Made by a program: the position numbers and the translations under genes
NCBI GenBank assembly: GCA_965113315.1
Contig: OZ220366.1
Source: Podarcis vaucheri
Lineage: Eukaryota
Length of the DNA stretch: 64,000 nucleotides
Reading direction: 5' to 3' (one strand)
Part shown: positions 52,537 through 64,000 of the stretch, piece after piece
Numbering within the stretch: the first letter of the stretch is position 1
Layout: the number at the start of each line of letters is the position of its first letter
Notes under the pieces: model-generated
Database searches by the model: none
Told to the model about the DNA's origin: nothing
The model's input: the letters and a program-made list of their open reading frames with translations, nothing else

Positions 52537-53253
52537 TTACATTTTATCTTTAATATAGTTTGTTGGTACAACAGTTCCCTAAAGTTGCTTGCTACTGTAG
52601 TGAGCATCAGCTCCCTTCCTCTAGGAGGATCAGTTGAAATAGATATCAGGACAAACAACATAAATTTTCTAGGCTACCATTAATAACCAATTCTTTGATT
52701 AGTTTGCAATGGCATGCAAAAAAAGCCCCTATTCTGTACTAGGGCTGTGTGATAAATCACCATACAATTGAATACCAGTATTGAAATAACATTGTGATAA
52801 CTGTTTGAGACTTGACAGTGTCCCAGGGGGTAGCTCAGCTGAACAGATCCTTTACAGATAATTTGCAGGCACCTGTCTCATGCTTTGTTGCTCTCTCCCT
52901 CCACCCTCCTAACCGATAAGAAATGATGAAAAGTTGTCACACAAACCAGCAAACTCTTTCACCTTTACTGGTATCTTACTGGCTTACTCCCAGGAAAGTA
53001 GAAGAGTGGCTTGTGCATGCATAGATTCCACTTACACCTCTGAGTGGGGAAGCAGATGCAACTGTTGAATGGTTTATTTAAATGTTAGGGTTCATTATTG
53101 CTTCACAGGGTGTATACCACTTTAAAAGCCAGGGTGCATATCCTGACCCAGTTTTTTACAGCTGTGTAGTAGTGTACCAGGTGCTGATAAGTCACTGTAA
53201 TTAGCTGTGTCAGCAATTGTGAATGGTATATAATGTGCAGTATGTACCTTACT

Positions 53254-53267
53254 CTGCCCCCTGGTGG
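53254..53267 (-). promoter_or_regulatory. CTCF core motif inside the hAT element
   Basis: Minus strand CCACCAGGGGGCAG fits the consensus CCASYAGRKGGCRS at all positions; binding not demonstrated. Confidence 0.5.
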
Positions 53268-53539
53268 ATGGGTGGGTGATGATTATAGACACTATGTAAG
53301 ATGTATGTTAAATGAGTTTTGTAATTAAACCTTGCAAATATCTCTCTGCGTCTCTTCAATGATTCCATCTGTGTGGTCTACTCTGCATGCACTCTGAGGC
53401 ATGTTTCAAATGCCCAATAGCAACTTGACTAGTAAATCAGTTAAACTACTCTTAAATTAGTTGGAAATATATTACATATATTATACAGAAGTTTATTTAA
53501 TATTTTTATTGAATCTACTACTTTGCATTTTAAGGCCCT

Positions 53540-53729
53540 AGCTGCAGGGAGCCTGGTCAAGGCCCTCCGCTGCTGCAGGGAAGCTTGTCACACCCGCTGC
53601 CGGCAAGGGGAGGTACGGCAAGCCCTTCTGCTGCTGTGGGGAAGCATGGCGCACCCTCCACCACCGTGGGGAGGTACCACAAGACTCCTGCCGCCGTGGG
53701 GAGGCCCAGCAAGGCCCTCCGTTGCCACA
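53540..53729. repeat. GC-rich minisatellite, about 30-bp unit x 6, inside the hAT element
   Basis: Units begin gc(t/c)g(c/t)(a/g)ggga and end approximately ccctccgct; degenerate. Confidence 0.8.
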
Positions 53730-55994
53730 GATATATATATTGATATCTTGAAATATTGTGATATTTAGCTGGTGATATATCGTGATGTTGAAAATCAAGT
53801 ATTGTCTAGCCCTACTCTGTACAAAGGTAGCAGGTGACTTTGAGAAAGTGAAGAATATTCTTATTTAATCTATGTTCCTTATCACACTCCAACAGCAACA
53901 TCTCAATGGATAACAGATATCTATGTATTTTGAACAAATCACATGAATCTTACTCAGACTTGATACAAAAACCCACCATCACTCCAGCAAAGTTAAACAA
54001 TGCACATATTTTGAAGGTTTTTAAGGTACAAGCAGTGTATCACTCAACCACTATGCCTGAATACATTTTGCTAAAAGAGATTTATACAGTTATCCAGTCA
54101 CCTCCCCATCCCAAATACTGTACTGACTGTGTGGAAGGGTCTTGTGTGAAACCACATGGATGAGGCAAGCAGAAAGAACTCCCAAGGCACAAGGAACGAA
54201 GTGGCAAATGAAAGGACAGTAGGATTCGCAAATGACCAATTTCAGTCACAACTGTGTTTCATACACATATATGTCTACAAACGTTTAACAGATTTGTGCA
54301 TATACATCTAGTACTGTCTAGATATATAAACAATGTAAAACAACAAAACATAATTGCAGCCAGACACTGGAATAAGGAGGGAAGACACAAGGTGAACTAG
54401 GGCCACATTATATTAAAGAAAAGAACGAACTTATTCAGCTACAACAGATGGACATTGATGGGGGGTATTCTAACCCTCCATCAGCCAACTAAGGAAAATG
54501 TAACAGGGAAAGTTGTCTCTCCCCAGAAAAAGGGTGATATTTTCCTTTGAAGAAGTAATGATGAAGCAAGAAGTGACAAGAACCAGATTGCCTCCTGGGG
54601 AAACCCACTGACATTATTCAAAAGCATTCAACCTAGTCCTCAAATTCAACAAACAATAACAAATGCTGAACTAATTAATACGCATTTTATATTCTGAATT
54701 CTCACAAACATCAAATGCCCATGATTAAACCTTAATATAACTGTCACTGTTGCTTTTTAAAATGCTGGTGAAGATTTGAACTTTGAGGTTCATGAAAAGG
54801 TACTATCTAAAAGTGTTATTTCTTTTTATCTACCTTAATATATTAAAATAAGAGGATAAATTTTATATGAGCACCTTTAGCATTATTTCTAATATGAGAA
54901 AAATGGATCATTAATACAGACAAACAAGGTTTTCTTCATAGACCTGCCAATGATCTTAACCCTGACCTGGAGAGACCATCTTCCTCAGCGATAAGCAATA
55001 GTTTCAATGCCAGCACTGTCCTAAGAGAATGCCAATTATGCCAAGTTTGCAAAAACAGATGTATGGTGATTTTTGAGATATAGACTGCTTTACGCCAGGG
55101 ACAAAGCTAAACCCATTCATCTCAATTTACTTACAACCTAAGGTTTAATTTGAACTGTGGCCTTCAAGGTGAAAGGCCAGTTCTTTAATCTAATCATCTC
55201 CCCATGCGCATTATTTATAATAAACACAAACCTCTCTCTTCTGCATACAAAATCGTTCTTTCCTACAAAGTATATTTCCCCCTCTTTATAAAGCATAGAT
55301 TTCATAGCAATATTTTATATTATAAAATTAATTTTACTGCTGTTTACTAAGCACTTTAACATTCTGTAAAGACAGGCTATCACTGAACAAAGAAAACCTA
55401 ATCAATAGCATGTATAATGACAATTGACTGAAATTCCTCAAGATAGGCATCTACTGCTCATTTACAAATAGTTTAATAATAATTGGCTTCATCAGATTAA
55501 AAAAGAAGCTCAGAAGCTTATTGAAGTTCAGGAGCTCAATGGCAGAAATGCAATATGGAAAAGCTCACGAATAAGGACATTTGAATTTTGAAAAGGGTAA
55601 GATTACTATAAGATTAGACTATTATCAAGTTGGTTTTGCCACAAGCTTCACAATAAGTCTGATGAACTTTAGCACTAAAAGAAAAAAACCAGAACACAGG
55701 AGAAGTTTTGAGTCAGAAAGTATCAGAGAGCTAGGATGTCTCCTTCATCGTGAAATGATTCAGCTGTCGATTTATGGCTGGCTACCTAACTTTTCTCATA
55801 TACATGTTATTCATTGCACAGAAATATCAGAGCAGGCTACAACTCAAATTAACAATACAGTTACTAAAAACATCAGTATTGGCACTATATGCTACTCAAA
55901 GTCTGAAAGAATAACCAAGTCTTCAGACGGCATCTAAAATTTAAGCGTAGGCATCAGCATTATCACAGGGGGTGCAATGTCAAAAACTGGGGCA

Positions 55995-56300
55995 CTACAA
56001 CCAAGAAGGCTCTTCCCTGTGCCAATAAAGTCTTCCTAGGTAGATCCTAATGAGCTATTCTTTCAGGAATCCTGACCCCAAGGTGTATATGACTTCTTAA
56101 GCCATTAAAGGTAACTAAAGTGGGCTTGTAGGCAATCGGTGCAGTTTTGTGTGTGGTAGGCCAATCCAAAAAGCCATATCATTCTACACTAGCTGTAACT
56201 TCTAAACCAGCTTCAAGGACAGCTCCACATGCAGTGCATTGTAGTAGTCCAATCTAGAACTTACTAATGCATAGATCAATGTGAGAAGGCAATTCCAAAT
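55995..56300 (-). mobile_element. L2 LINE fragment (old)
   Basis: Minus strand translates YALVSSRLDYYNALHVELSLKLV*KLQL, matching the L2 motif ALVtSRLDYCNal. Confidence 0.75.
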
Positions 56301-56480
56301 TCGCAAGCAGGATGCCATCGCAGATGGTAGTAAAAGCCATAGATATATCATGGAGAACTCATAGTGTCACACCTTCCCATCCTCTCCTAATAAGGTTAAC
56401 CCATCAAGCTAGTACAGTTCTAAAACTATGCCTGAACCTGGACTATGAACAGGACTAGATAATGTATGTTCTCGAAAGAC

Positions 56481-57000
56481 GAATTCCATGTTGGAGATCA
56501 TTAGGAAAGAGATTGAAAAAGAAACCAATATCATAATGCTGTTATACAAATATGTGGTGAGACCACAGGTAAAATACTTGTAGCAGTTCTGGTTCCCACA
56601 CCTTAAAAAATATATTGTAGAGCTGGAAAAGTTTAAGAAAAATGAGCAGGAAGCTGGAACAACTTCCCTAAGAAAAAAAAGGTCATAGTTTAGTTTAGAA
56701 AAAAGGTAAGGACAGCATGATAAAGATGTACAATCATACCTTGGAAGTCGAAAGGAATCCGTTCTGGAAGTCCATTTGACTTCCAAAATGTCCAAAAACC
56801 AAATCACAGCTTCTGATTGGCTGCAGGAGCTTCCTGCAGCCAATCAGAAGCTGTGGAAGCCCCATCGGATGTTCCAAAATAACATTCACAAAGCGGAACA
56901 ATCACTTCTGGGTTTGAGGTGTTCGGGACCCTAAACGTACGAGTTGAAGGGTGTTCGGCAACCAAGGTACGACTGTACTGTATATGAATGGTGTGAAGAA
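56481..57000 (+). mobile_element. CR1 ORF2 fragment interrupted by a MITE
   Basis: IIMLLYKYVVRPQVKYL*QFWFPHLKKYIVELEK matches the CR1 motif LYKslVRPhLEYcvQFWsP; resumes after 56975. Confidence 0.8.
56731..56975. mobile_element. Tc1/mariner-type MITE (family E) with internal 24-bp perfect hairpin
   Basis: TA TSD on both sides; TIR CAATCATACCTTGG vs CAGTCGTACCTTGG; hairpin at 56805-56855. Confidence 0.85.
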
Positions 57001-59984
57001 TGTGTTATGGAGAGTCTGGCAGATTCATAATAAAGAGACAATGCAGTTGCTTTAGCACAGATGTAATAGGCTCCCATTTGCTCCCTTAATCAGATGGGTT
57101 ACTACACTTTGAACCAACTGAATTTCAAACCACTCTTATAGCTTGCTATGAATAACCTTGCAGATAACAAAATTCTGCATCCACATATTAACTTTTCATA
57201 TGCTAGTTTAATGATCAGTATTAGGCAACTTAACTGTAATCTCTGAACTGCACTAAAATGCAGTACACAGCAAAATGTTTTCAATCTCCATAAGACAGTG
57301 GATTGAGTGCCTTGGATGGATGATGGACAACAAACAAGCTCAATCAGGCCTGTTCTGAATATGGTTATGCTTCCCCAGAAAAATCGGTTTATAAACCAAA
57401 CTCTGCTGCTTCATTCTCAGGTAGTGGATGTGGCTAAAAGGGCCTTTTCCAGTAACCGGTAGTATACTTCGTCTTTCCTGTACAGACTCATTACTGGACT
57501 ATGGAATGCTATGCCTTCCATTTGTGTTTTATAGTATTATTTTTAAACTGCTATTTCAGTTTTCAAACTGCTCAAACAGTTTTCAAACATTCTAAACTGC
57601 TTCCGGTGCCACAGTTTCGATGGGAAATAGGAAACAAGTAATGTTTCTTTAAATCCTTAAATAAATGAAGTTTCAGTTGATAAAAGAAGGGGAAGGGAGT
57701 GAAAAGAGAAAAGCTTTAGAATAAAGCAGTTTGGGTGGGAAACAAGGGAAACTATTTACAGAAAACCAATCCCCTTTCCTATTCCATTTAAATCCACAAT
57801 TGCAGTGCTATTATTTGCAACCAGAATCTAAGCTGAAAACTGGCAGAACCAGACCTTTCTCCTTGTCCCTCCTTCTTGGTAAAAACAGAAGGTATTAATC
57901 ACTCTGGTTTAAAGAAAGTTGACTAAAGCTATTCTTTAAGTCATGCACTGTCACTAATGTGGCCAATGAATAACTCTCTACACTTTTTTTTTGTTACTCT
58001 GAGTGGACTGTCAACCACACATTTTTCCCTTTCCTTGAATGGCTTTTAAGAGATGATGAAAAGAAGCACTATCAGTAAAAACAAAAGTTTCAGGAAGAAA
58101 AAGTGGGAACAAAGTGGACATATTGGAGACAACTCGTGATTCATGGCTCATACTGTGCTATTTCTCTCTTCAACTCAATATGCTCTTTGGTTTCACTGAA
58201 GGATAAGAGGAGGCCAGACCATTGCACTTCTCCTAGCAACTAATATCACTTAGGAAAAAAGGCATGTTGTCTGCTAAAACGGTAACAGAAGAATTTGGGG
58301 TCATACAAAGCCAGATACATGTTCCTAGTGCATTTGATCATAAAAACTGATTGTCAAAATGTATTCAGGAAACAGCAAATGATTAGTCAAAATGATTAAT
58401 TTTAACCAAATATATGTTTCAATGTGTTAGACATTTTTTCTTTTGAGGAAGTACTCTGGCAATTTCCATTATTATGTTAAAATATTTTGCCCTGAATATT
58501 TCTACATAAAAATGCAGGAGAATTTCAAAGAGTTTTAAAGCTAATCTAATTGTGGACAGGTTGTTTGGAAACAAAGTCTAAAAACACTTGGATTGTTTCT
58601 TCTACGGGATGAATTTTTAAAAACTGGCTGATCTTATTAAATCCCTGTCACAATTTGGTATTCATAATGATAAAAAAGTTCACATGAAAGACCAAAGCAG
58701 AATAACTCTACAGTTCATATGCTCACTTAAATAGACACATACTGGCAGATTCTAACATTTTGAATTATTTTTTTCAAAATCCAGTTGGAGAACATTACAG
58801 AAAGGCTAGTTATGAAAAGACTGCAATTGTTGTCCACAATATTTCCCCAACATTAAAATCAATGACAACATATGTATTAGATAACTAAATTGTTAATAAT
58901 ATCCTGCAGATGCAGAGAGAAAACTATCCTTTAAGTATTGAACTGAAGAGCATGCAGAAATCAATTTGATCTACTTTTGCTTTGGCACTTATACATGAAA
59001 CCAGAAGCTCAAGGAAAAAATGCAGGTAGTTTTAAAACACATCAGTGTACACTATTTATGGCATGTGATTGCACTGATCCCATACGTGTCATGATCTGCA
59101 CTGTCATGGAACACCAAGCTAGGGAAAAGGCGCTAGCACATAAACACACCAAGGAATAGTCTGGCTGAGAATTAAATCATTACGTCTAAAACATGGAACA
59201 TTTGATAGAGAGGTCTCTAAAGCAACCAATCTGGAAGCAGGTATAAAATCAGTTACTTGCATCTATTATTTTCACTTTAGATTTAATTTGCACGAAGCAG
59301 TTTTCACACAGACATAGTGGCTCTTGAAAGATGAGACTCTTTGAAAACAAGTGAATGATTGCCTGAAGATCTATGATTATAGAGCAGATGTACCAGTAAA
59401 ATATATCTCATAACTGGTTCTTGACTCTTGACACTTACACAGCAGCAGGAAAGCAGATCTGGTCCTTTCCATAAAGGTTTGCCTCCAGCCCACCAGAGCA
59501 AGATGCTATCTGACGCATGCTACGTGACATTTTAGTTTTAAAAGGTTAATTTCCTCCATGAAGTTTCTCCTGTAATCAATGACAAATGACTAAATAGTAG
59601 TGCACTACAGAGATTACTGTCTCTTGCTGCTGACCATTAATTCTTAGTCTCAATCCTTGGCAGTACAACTATGACAAGCAGTTCACTGGAAATCTACACA
59701 TTTAGTGCCAGGTAAGCAGTTGTGTATACAATGCATGATTATTTTAACTTTTGTGTCAAACTGATAGAGCAATAGGTACATAGGATAAGTCATTAGCAGT
59801 GAGAGTTCAGTAAGACTGTTTTTCATGCTCATACTTTTGATTTATACTGGCAACTGTTGAGTTGTTTATAAAATTCTTTTTAATATATGTTTTTGTGTGT
59901 TTGTATGTGTTTTATTTTGCCCCTTAGTAATTCCCCCCCCCCCCGAAAAACACTGGACATTAATAAATAATAAATAATAAACTA

Positions 59985-60202
59985 TATTTATTGCTTTTAT
60001 ATCCCACCTTTCCCTCCAAGGAGCTCAAGGTGGCATATCTCCCCCTCCTTGTTTAATCCCCACAATAACCATATGAGGCAGTTTAGGCTGAGAGGCAGAG
60101 ACTGAAAAACACCCAGTTGAGAGCTTCATGGCTGAGTAGGACTACCGGTAAGTCTCCTGGGACTTGGTCAGACACTCCGATCACTACACAACACAGTATC
60201 TC
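59985..60202 (-). mobile_element. tRNA-derived Squam3/CORE-type SINE
   Basis: Minus strand begins gagatactgtgttgtgtagtga (box A-like head), then gccatgaagct...ctctcagcctaa; 3' end ccaccttgagctccttgg...ggtgggatataaa. Confidence 0.78.
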
Positions 60203-60258
60203 ACTTATCACCATCTGCTAAAGTAGACAGAAAAGTTGCATTGAAAAGTACTGTAAAC

Positions 60259-60768
60259 CTGTTGGCAAACTAAGGTCTGCGGGCCGGATCTGGGCCAATT
60301 GCCTCTGGATCCGGCCTGCGAACGGTTCTGCAATCACTGCTTGAATCAGCACAATTGCCTTTTTTTTCCAGGCGCATTTTTTTTTTTTTTTGCAATCCCC
60401 CCTCCCTCTCTCACCGCAGCATTGTTGTCTCCTCCCTCCTTCTTCCTGGCTTCTCCCTGCCCTGCAGAGGAAGGGGGCTGGGCTTTGATAGGAAGCCTTG
60501 CCGTCTGCCCTCCCGCCTCTCCCCATGGCCGCGCTATGGGCTGGAGTTTGGTGCACCTGCTGGGTCCTCGCTCCCTGCCTGGGAAAGCTGGCCCCAAAAG
60601 GAGAGGTACCGCTCCCAATCGCAGGCAGAGCAGCAGAGGAGGTAGGCAGGGGAGGGGAGGGGTTGGGTGGGAGAGAGAAGCCCCCTCCACCGCGTGCGCA
60701 TTCCGGCCCACCACTAGGTCTGGGGGACGTTGAACCAGCCCCCTCCAAAAAAAATTTGCTGACCCCTG
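60259..60768. mobile_element. GC-rich non-autonomous hAT (Charlie-like) element
   Basis: Right end tttgctgacccctg and left end gttggcaaact; subterminal gcgggccggatc/gatccggcc motifs; explains the stack of overlapping GC-rich ORFs. Confidence 0.8.
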
Positions 60769-61077
60769 ATGTAGATGTTCCCCTTGACCCAACACAAAAT
60801 AGGTTTCCAGAAGTCACAGTACAGAAAAATCAAGCTACATATAATCAATCCATATAGCTATCTAACTGCCAGTGTCAACCACCAAACTTTAGACTACTAC
60901 AAAAAAGTCACTTCTTGCAACAAAATTCCCATGCACACCATCCTCAAGTATCTCTCCTACACATGCTAAATGTAGTCATTAGCCTAAACTCTCTGGTCCA
61001 CTTACCACTTACTCGAAACGAACTAGAAATCTGAGGCAGACAATGGTACTCTGGAAGCAGGTAATTCAGGCAACTAA

Positions 61078-61550
61078 CTTCTTCTTCTCCTTCTCCTTCT
61101 CCTTCTTCTTAATACCCCGCCCATCTGGCTGGGTTTCCCAAGCCACTCAGGGTGGCTCCCAACAAAGTATTAAAAACACGATACAACATCAAACATTAAA
61201 AATTTCCCTAAACAGGGGGGTCTTCAGATGTCTTCTAAAAGTCAGATAGTTGTTTATTTCCTTGACATCTGGTGGGAGGGCATTCTATAGGGTGAGTGCC
61301 ACTACCGAGAAGGCCCTCTGCCTGGTTCCCTGTAACCTCACTTCTCACAGTAATGGAATCGCCAGAAGGCCCTTGGAGTGTCCAGGCTGAACAATGGGGG
61401 TGGAGATACTCCTTCAGGTATACTGAGCCGAGGACGTTTAGGGCTTTAAAGGTCCGCACCAACATTTTCAGTTGTGCTTAGAAACATACTGGAAGCCAAT
61501 GTAGGTCTTTCAGGACTGGTGTTATGTGGTTTCGGTGGCCACTTCCAGTC
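61078..61550 (-). mobile_element. L2 LINE 3' end with simple-repeat tail
   Basis: Minus strand MLVRTFKALNVLGSVYLKEYL and RAFSVVALTL*NALP motifs; 3' UTR ccagccagatgggcggggtat; (CTT/CTCCTT)n tail at 61078-61110. Confidence 0.88.
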
Positions 61551-61888
61551 TGCAAAAGATGTGACTTTAACAAATTGGAGAACTAGGCCTATGATTGCCC
61601 CCTTTAAGGAGCAGTGTGCAGAACAATTCTTGGCAACTGGGAATTTGATAGGGCTTTCATGTGAGAATTTGAAGACAGCTACTCAGTTTCACTTTCCTTT
61701 GGGGGGACAGTTTTAGTGTTAGCAATCCATGGGAGGGCCTGTTCCAACAATATGGTTCCCTTATTACACTGGAAACCTATTTGCATATTACCCAAATACA
61801 GGGTGAAACAGAGTACAGACCTGGGCGAACCCATCTGGTGTCTTTTCATTGTAATACCATGCTCTTTTCCTAGAATGTTTACTACATT

Positions 61889-62040
61889 GGAATCATAGAA
61901 TCACAGAGCTGGAAGGTACCCAAGGGTCATCTAGTCCAACCCCCTGCAATGCAGGAATCTCAACTAAACACACAATCTCAGCTAAAGCATCCATGGCAGA
62001 TGACCATCTAACCTCTGCTTAGAAACCTCCAATGGAGAGA
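61889..62040 (-). mobile_element. CR1 3' end (same family as 985-1322, opposite orientation)
   Basis: gaatcatagaatcacag tail, then ggtcatctagtccaaccccctgcaatgcaggaat. Confidence 0.85.
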
Positions 62041-63437
62041 TTAGAAGAGTGATAAATAAATAAAAAAATCAAATTCAGCCTAGACAAAATTAAAGCAAAA
62101 AGCAAAATGCCCTTCTTAGTAGCAGCTTTTCAAAAAGAGAGAGAACGTATTGTAATGTGTGTAGCACTTTAAGTCCAAATACTATTCCTTTGAGAGCCCT
62201 TTGTTTAGTCTATTTTAAGCACCTGATGCAAAGGGAACACACAAGTGCTAACATGTTTGCCACAGCTTCAGAGATGCAGCATCAAGTATGCTCTGCTCAT
62301 AAAGAAGATTGAAAAACAGTCTCAAAGACCGTTTTCACCATTCCAATTCTGTACTTGATGGCTGTATTTACTACTTCCTTTAAAAGAACACAAAACTTTT
62401 CCTCTTTAACCTGAAGTAATAAAATTAGTACTTGTATTGCTAAGGGCTGCTTTGTACACACTATTTACACAGTCGCTTGTGAAGTGCAGCACAAATTTGT
62501 ATGGGGGGGGGTGTTGGGGGTTGTTTTTGTTTGTACAAGCATATCTTGTTGCTTCCCTAGCTTGTATTCTTTTAGCAAAATAAATATAAATGTCCCACTT
62601 AAGAATATGTACATGATTTTCATGTTCATGTACGTGGGTTGGCTTTGAAACAGCTCAGATGGGCCATCTTGCCTGCACAAAAATGTTTCTCTCACAAAAC
62701 ATAGCTGCTTTTTCTGAGACATAGTTGCCCAATTTACTCTTAATCAGCCGTTTTCTAGCTGGGCTAATTGTATTCCAGGTAGTTGTAAAAATAGGTTAGG
62801 GAACAGAAGCAATGGCTCCAAAGGTTCATCTTCAGACCAGTGTCCCTAAGCAAATGCCCACTTGCCCAATACATGGTCTAGCTTTAAAAGCAGCATCAAG
62901 AACATAAGCTGTAAAAGTCAAGAGGTGTGGGATGTAGCTGTTTGTCAAACCTTAGAAGTCTCACCCTCATTGTACTGATGCCTTTGAAATACAAAAGGAA
63001 CCTTTATCATTAAGAGAACATTAGGTATAAATATTGTTTGTAATGATTCCAAAAAAACCCCCCATGAAACCTGGATTTCATCTAATGCTAGCTCACATGT
63101 ATGTGTAATGGGATTTTTGCCTGAACAAATAACATGTAGTGTTTAATTTTTTGAAAAGTATGAACACCATCTGCTTCCCACAGAACGAAACAGAGATTCC
63201 CACAAACATGCAGAAACTAGCTCCAAAAGCTAGCCTGTTGGCAGGAAATCATGAATATAATTTCTAAATAGCCAGCCAACCAAGGCATTGGCATTTTTAC
63301 ATAATTGTTATAAGGGGTGGGAACCCAGGTGACAATCAAAGGCACACCAGTCCTTCCAACAGCAGTAAGACAACAAAAGGCCTTATTTCAGACCAAAGAG
63401 GCAGAATGTGCACTGCTGAATACATCATATCTCTTAT

Positions 63438-63483
63438 AATCATAGAGTTGGAAGATACCCTGAGGAACATCTAGTCCAACTCC
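63438..63483 (-). mobile_element. Very short CR1 3' end
   Basis: aatcatagagttggaag...catctagtccaac. Confidence 0.65.
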
Positions 63484-63520
63484 ATAATACATCATTATTC
63501 GTTTGTAATTAATATTTGTA

Positions 63521-63746
63521 CAGTGGTACCTCGGGTTACATACGCTTCAGGTTACAGACTCCGCTAACCCAGAAATGTTACCTCGGGTTAAGAACTTTGC
63601 TTCAGGATGAGAACAGAAATCGTGCTCCTGCGGCACGGCAGCAGCAGGAGGCCCCATTAGCTAAGGTGGTGCTTCAGGTTAAGAACAGTTTCAGGTTAAA
63701 AATGGACCTCCAGAACGAATTAAGTACTTAACCCAAGGTACCACTG
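63521..63746 (+). mobile_element. Tc1/mariner-type MITE, family A copy 4
   Basis: TA TSD on both sides; complete TIRs. Confidence 0.93.
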
Positions 63747-64000
63747 TATAGCAATGTGGAATGTAAGAAATAGACAAAATGAATCAAGCTTGTGTTTGGA
63801 TGTTTGTTTTTGTTATTTAAGTTAGTCAACTCAGTTGCAGGAAAAACCTGCACTCAAGTAAATGCTACAACAAGTAATACAAATTATAATTATGAGCAAC
63901 ATTGATCAACATGTTAAAACGACATACAATTTAGCATCACTGTACTTTGATCCTTGATGCATGTTTTCACAACATTTCAAAACTACACTTGCTAGATAGT

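Larger units (their letters stand above)
52740..53814. mobile_element. Non-autonomous hAT (Ac-like) DNA transposon, about 1075 bp
   Basis: Termini TAGGGCT...AGCCCTA; 8-bp TSD ttctgtac (52732-52739) / ctctgtac (53815-53822); subterminal GATA(T) repeats at both ends. Confidence 0.82.

Noticed and set aside
53540-53729. Approximately 30-bp periodic array superficially like CRISPR
   Set aside because: Degenerate head-to-tail minisatellite without unique spacers, no cas genes, vertebrate context.
60218-60857. Stack of long overlapping ORFs (96-199 aa)
   Set aside because: All lie over a GC-rich non-autonomous hAT element; low-complexity translations with no domain or splice support.

Overview
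Eukaryotic, AT-rich vertebrate genomic DNA. The repeat content (Sauria SINE with an ACCTTT tail, Squam3-type SINE, squamate CR1/L2/L1/RTE-X-like LINEs, Tc1/mariner- and hAT-type MITEs) points to a squamate reptile, most likely a lacertid lizard (inference). The window lies inside the very long ROBO2 (Roundabout 2, Slit receptor) gene on the minus strand. It contains one supportable coding exon, the 327-nt phase 1-1 exon for the Slit-binding Ig1 domain (40628-40954), flanked by about 23 kb of upstream intron and 40.6 kb of downstream intron. The other ORFs in the track are decayed LINE ORF2 fragments or chance frames. There is a 140-N assembly gap at 47794-47933. I see no prokaryotic-type system (CRISPR, operon) and cannot claim a proven new system. 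The best leads are RNA-level. (1) A recursive-splice-type junction, TCTTTTTTAG|GTAAGA, lies 37 kb into the downstream intron and is followed by an in-frame stop. (2) If back-spliced, the exon forms a stop-free 109-codon circle, and inverted copies of one MITE family flank it. (3) Transposons carry regulatory motifs: an inverted ETS pair next to the exon and a CTCF core. (4) Several repeat-free, motif-dense blocks may be conserved enhancers. Repeat family names are recognised from memory and need a RepeatMasker/Dfam check.
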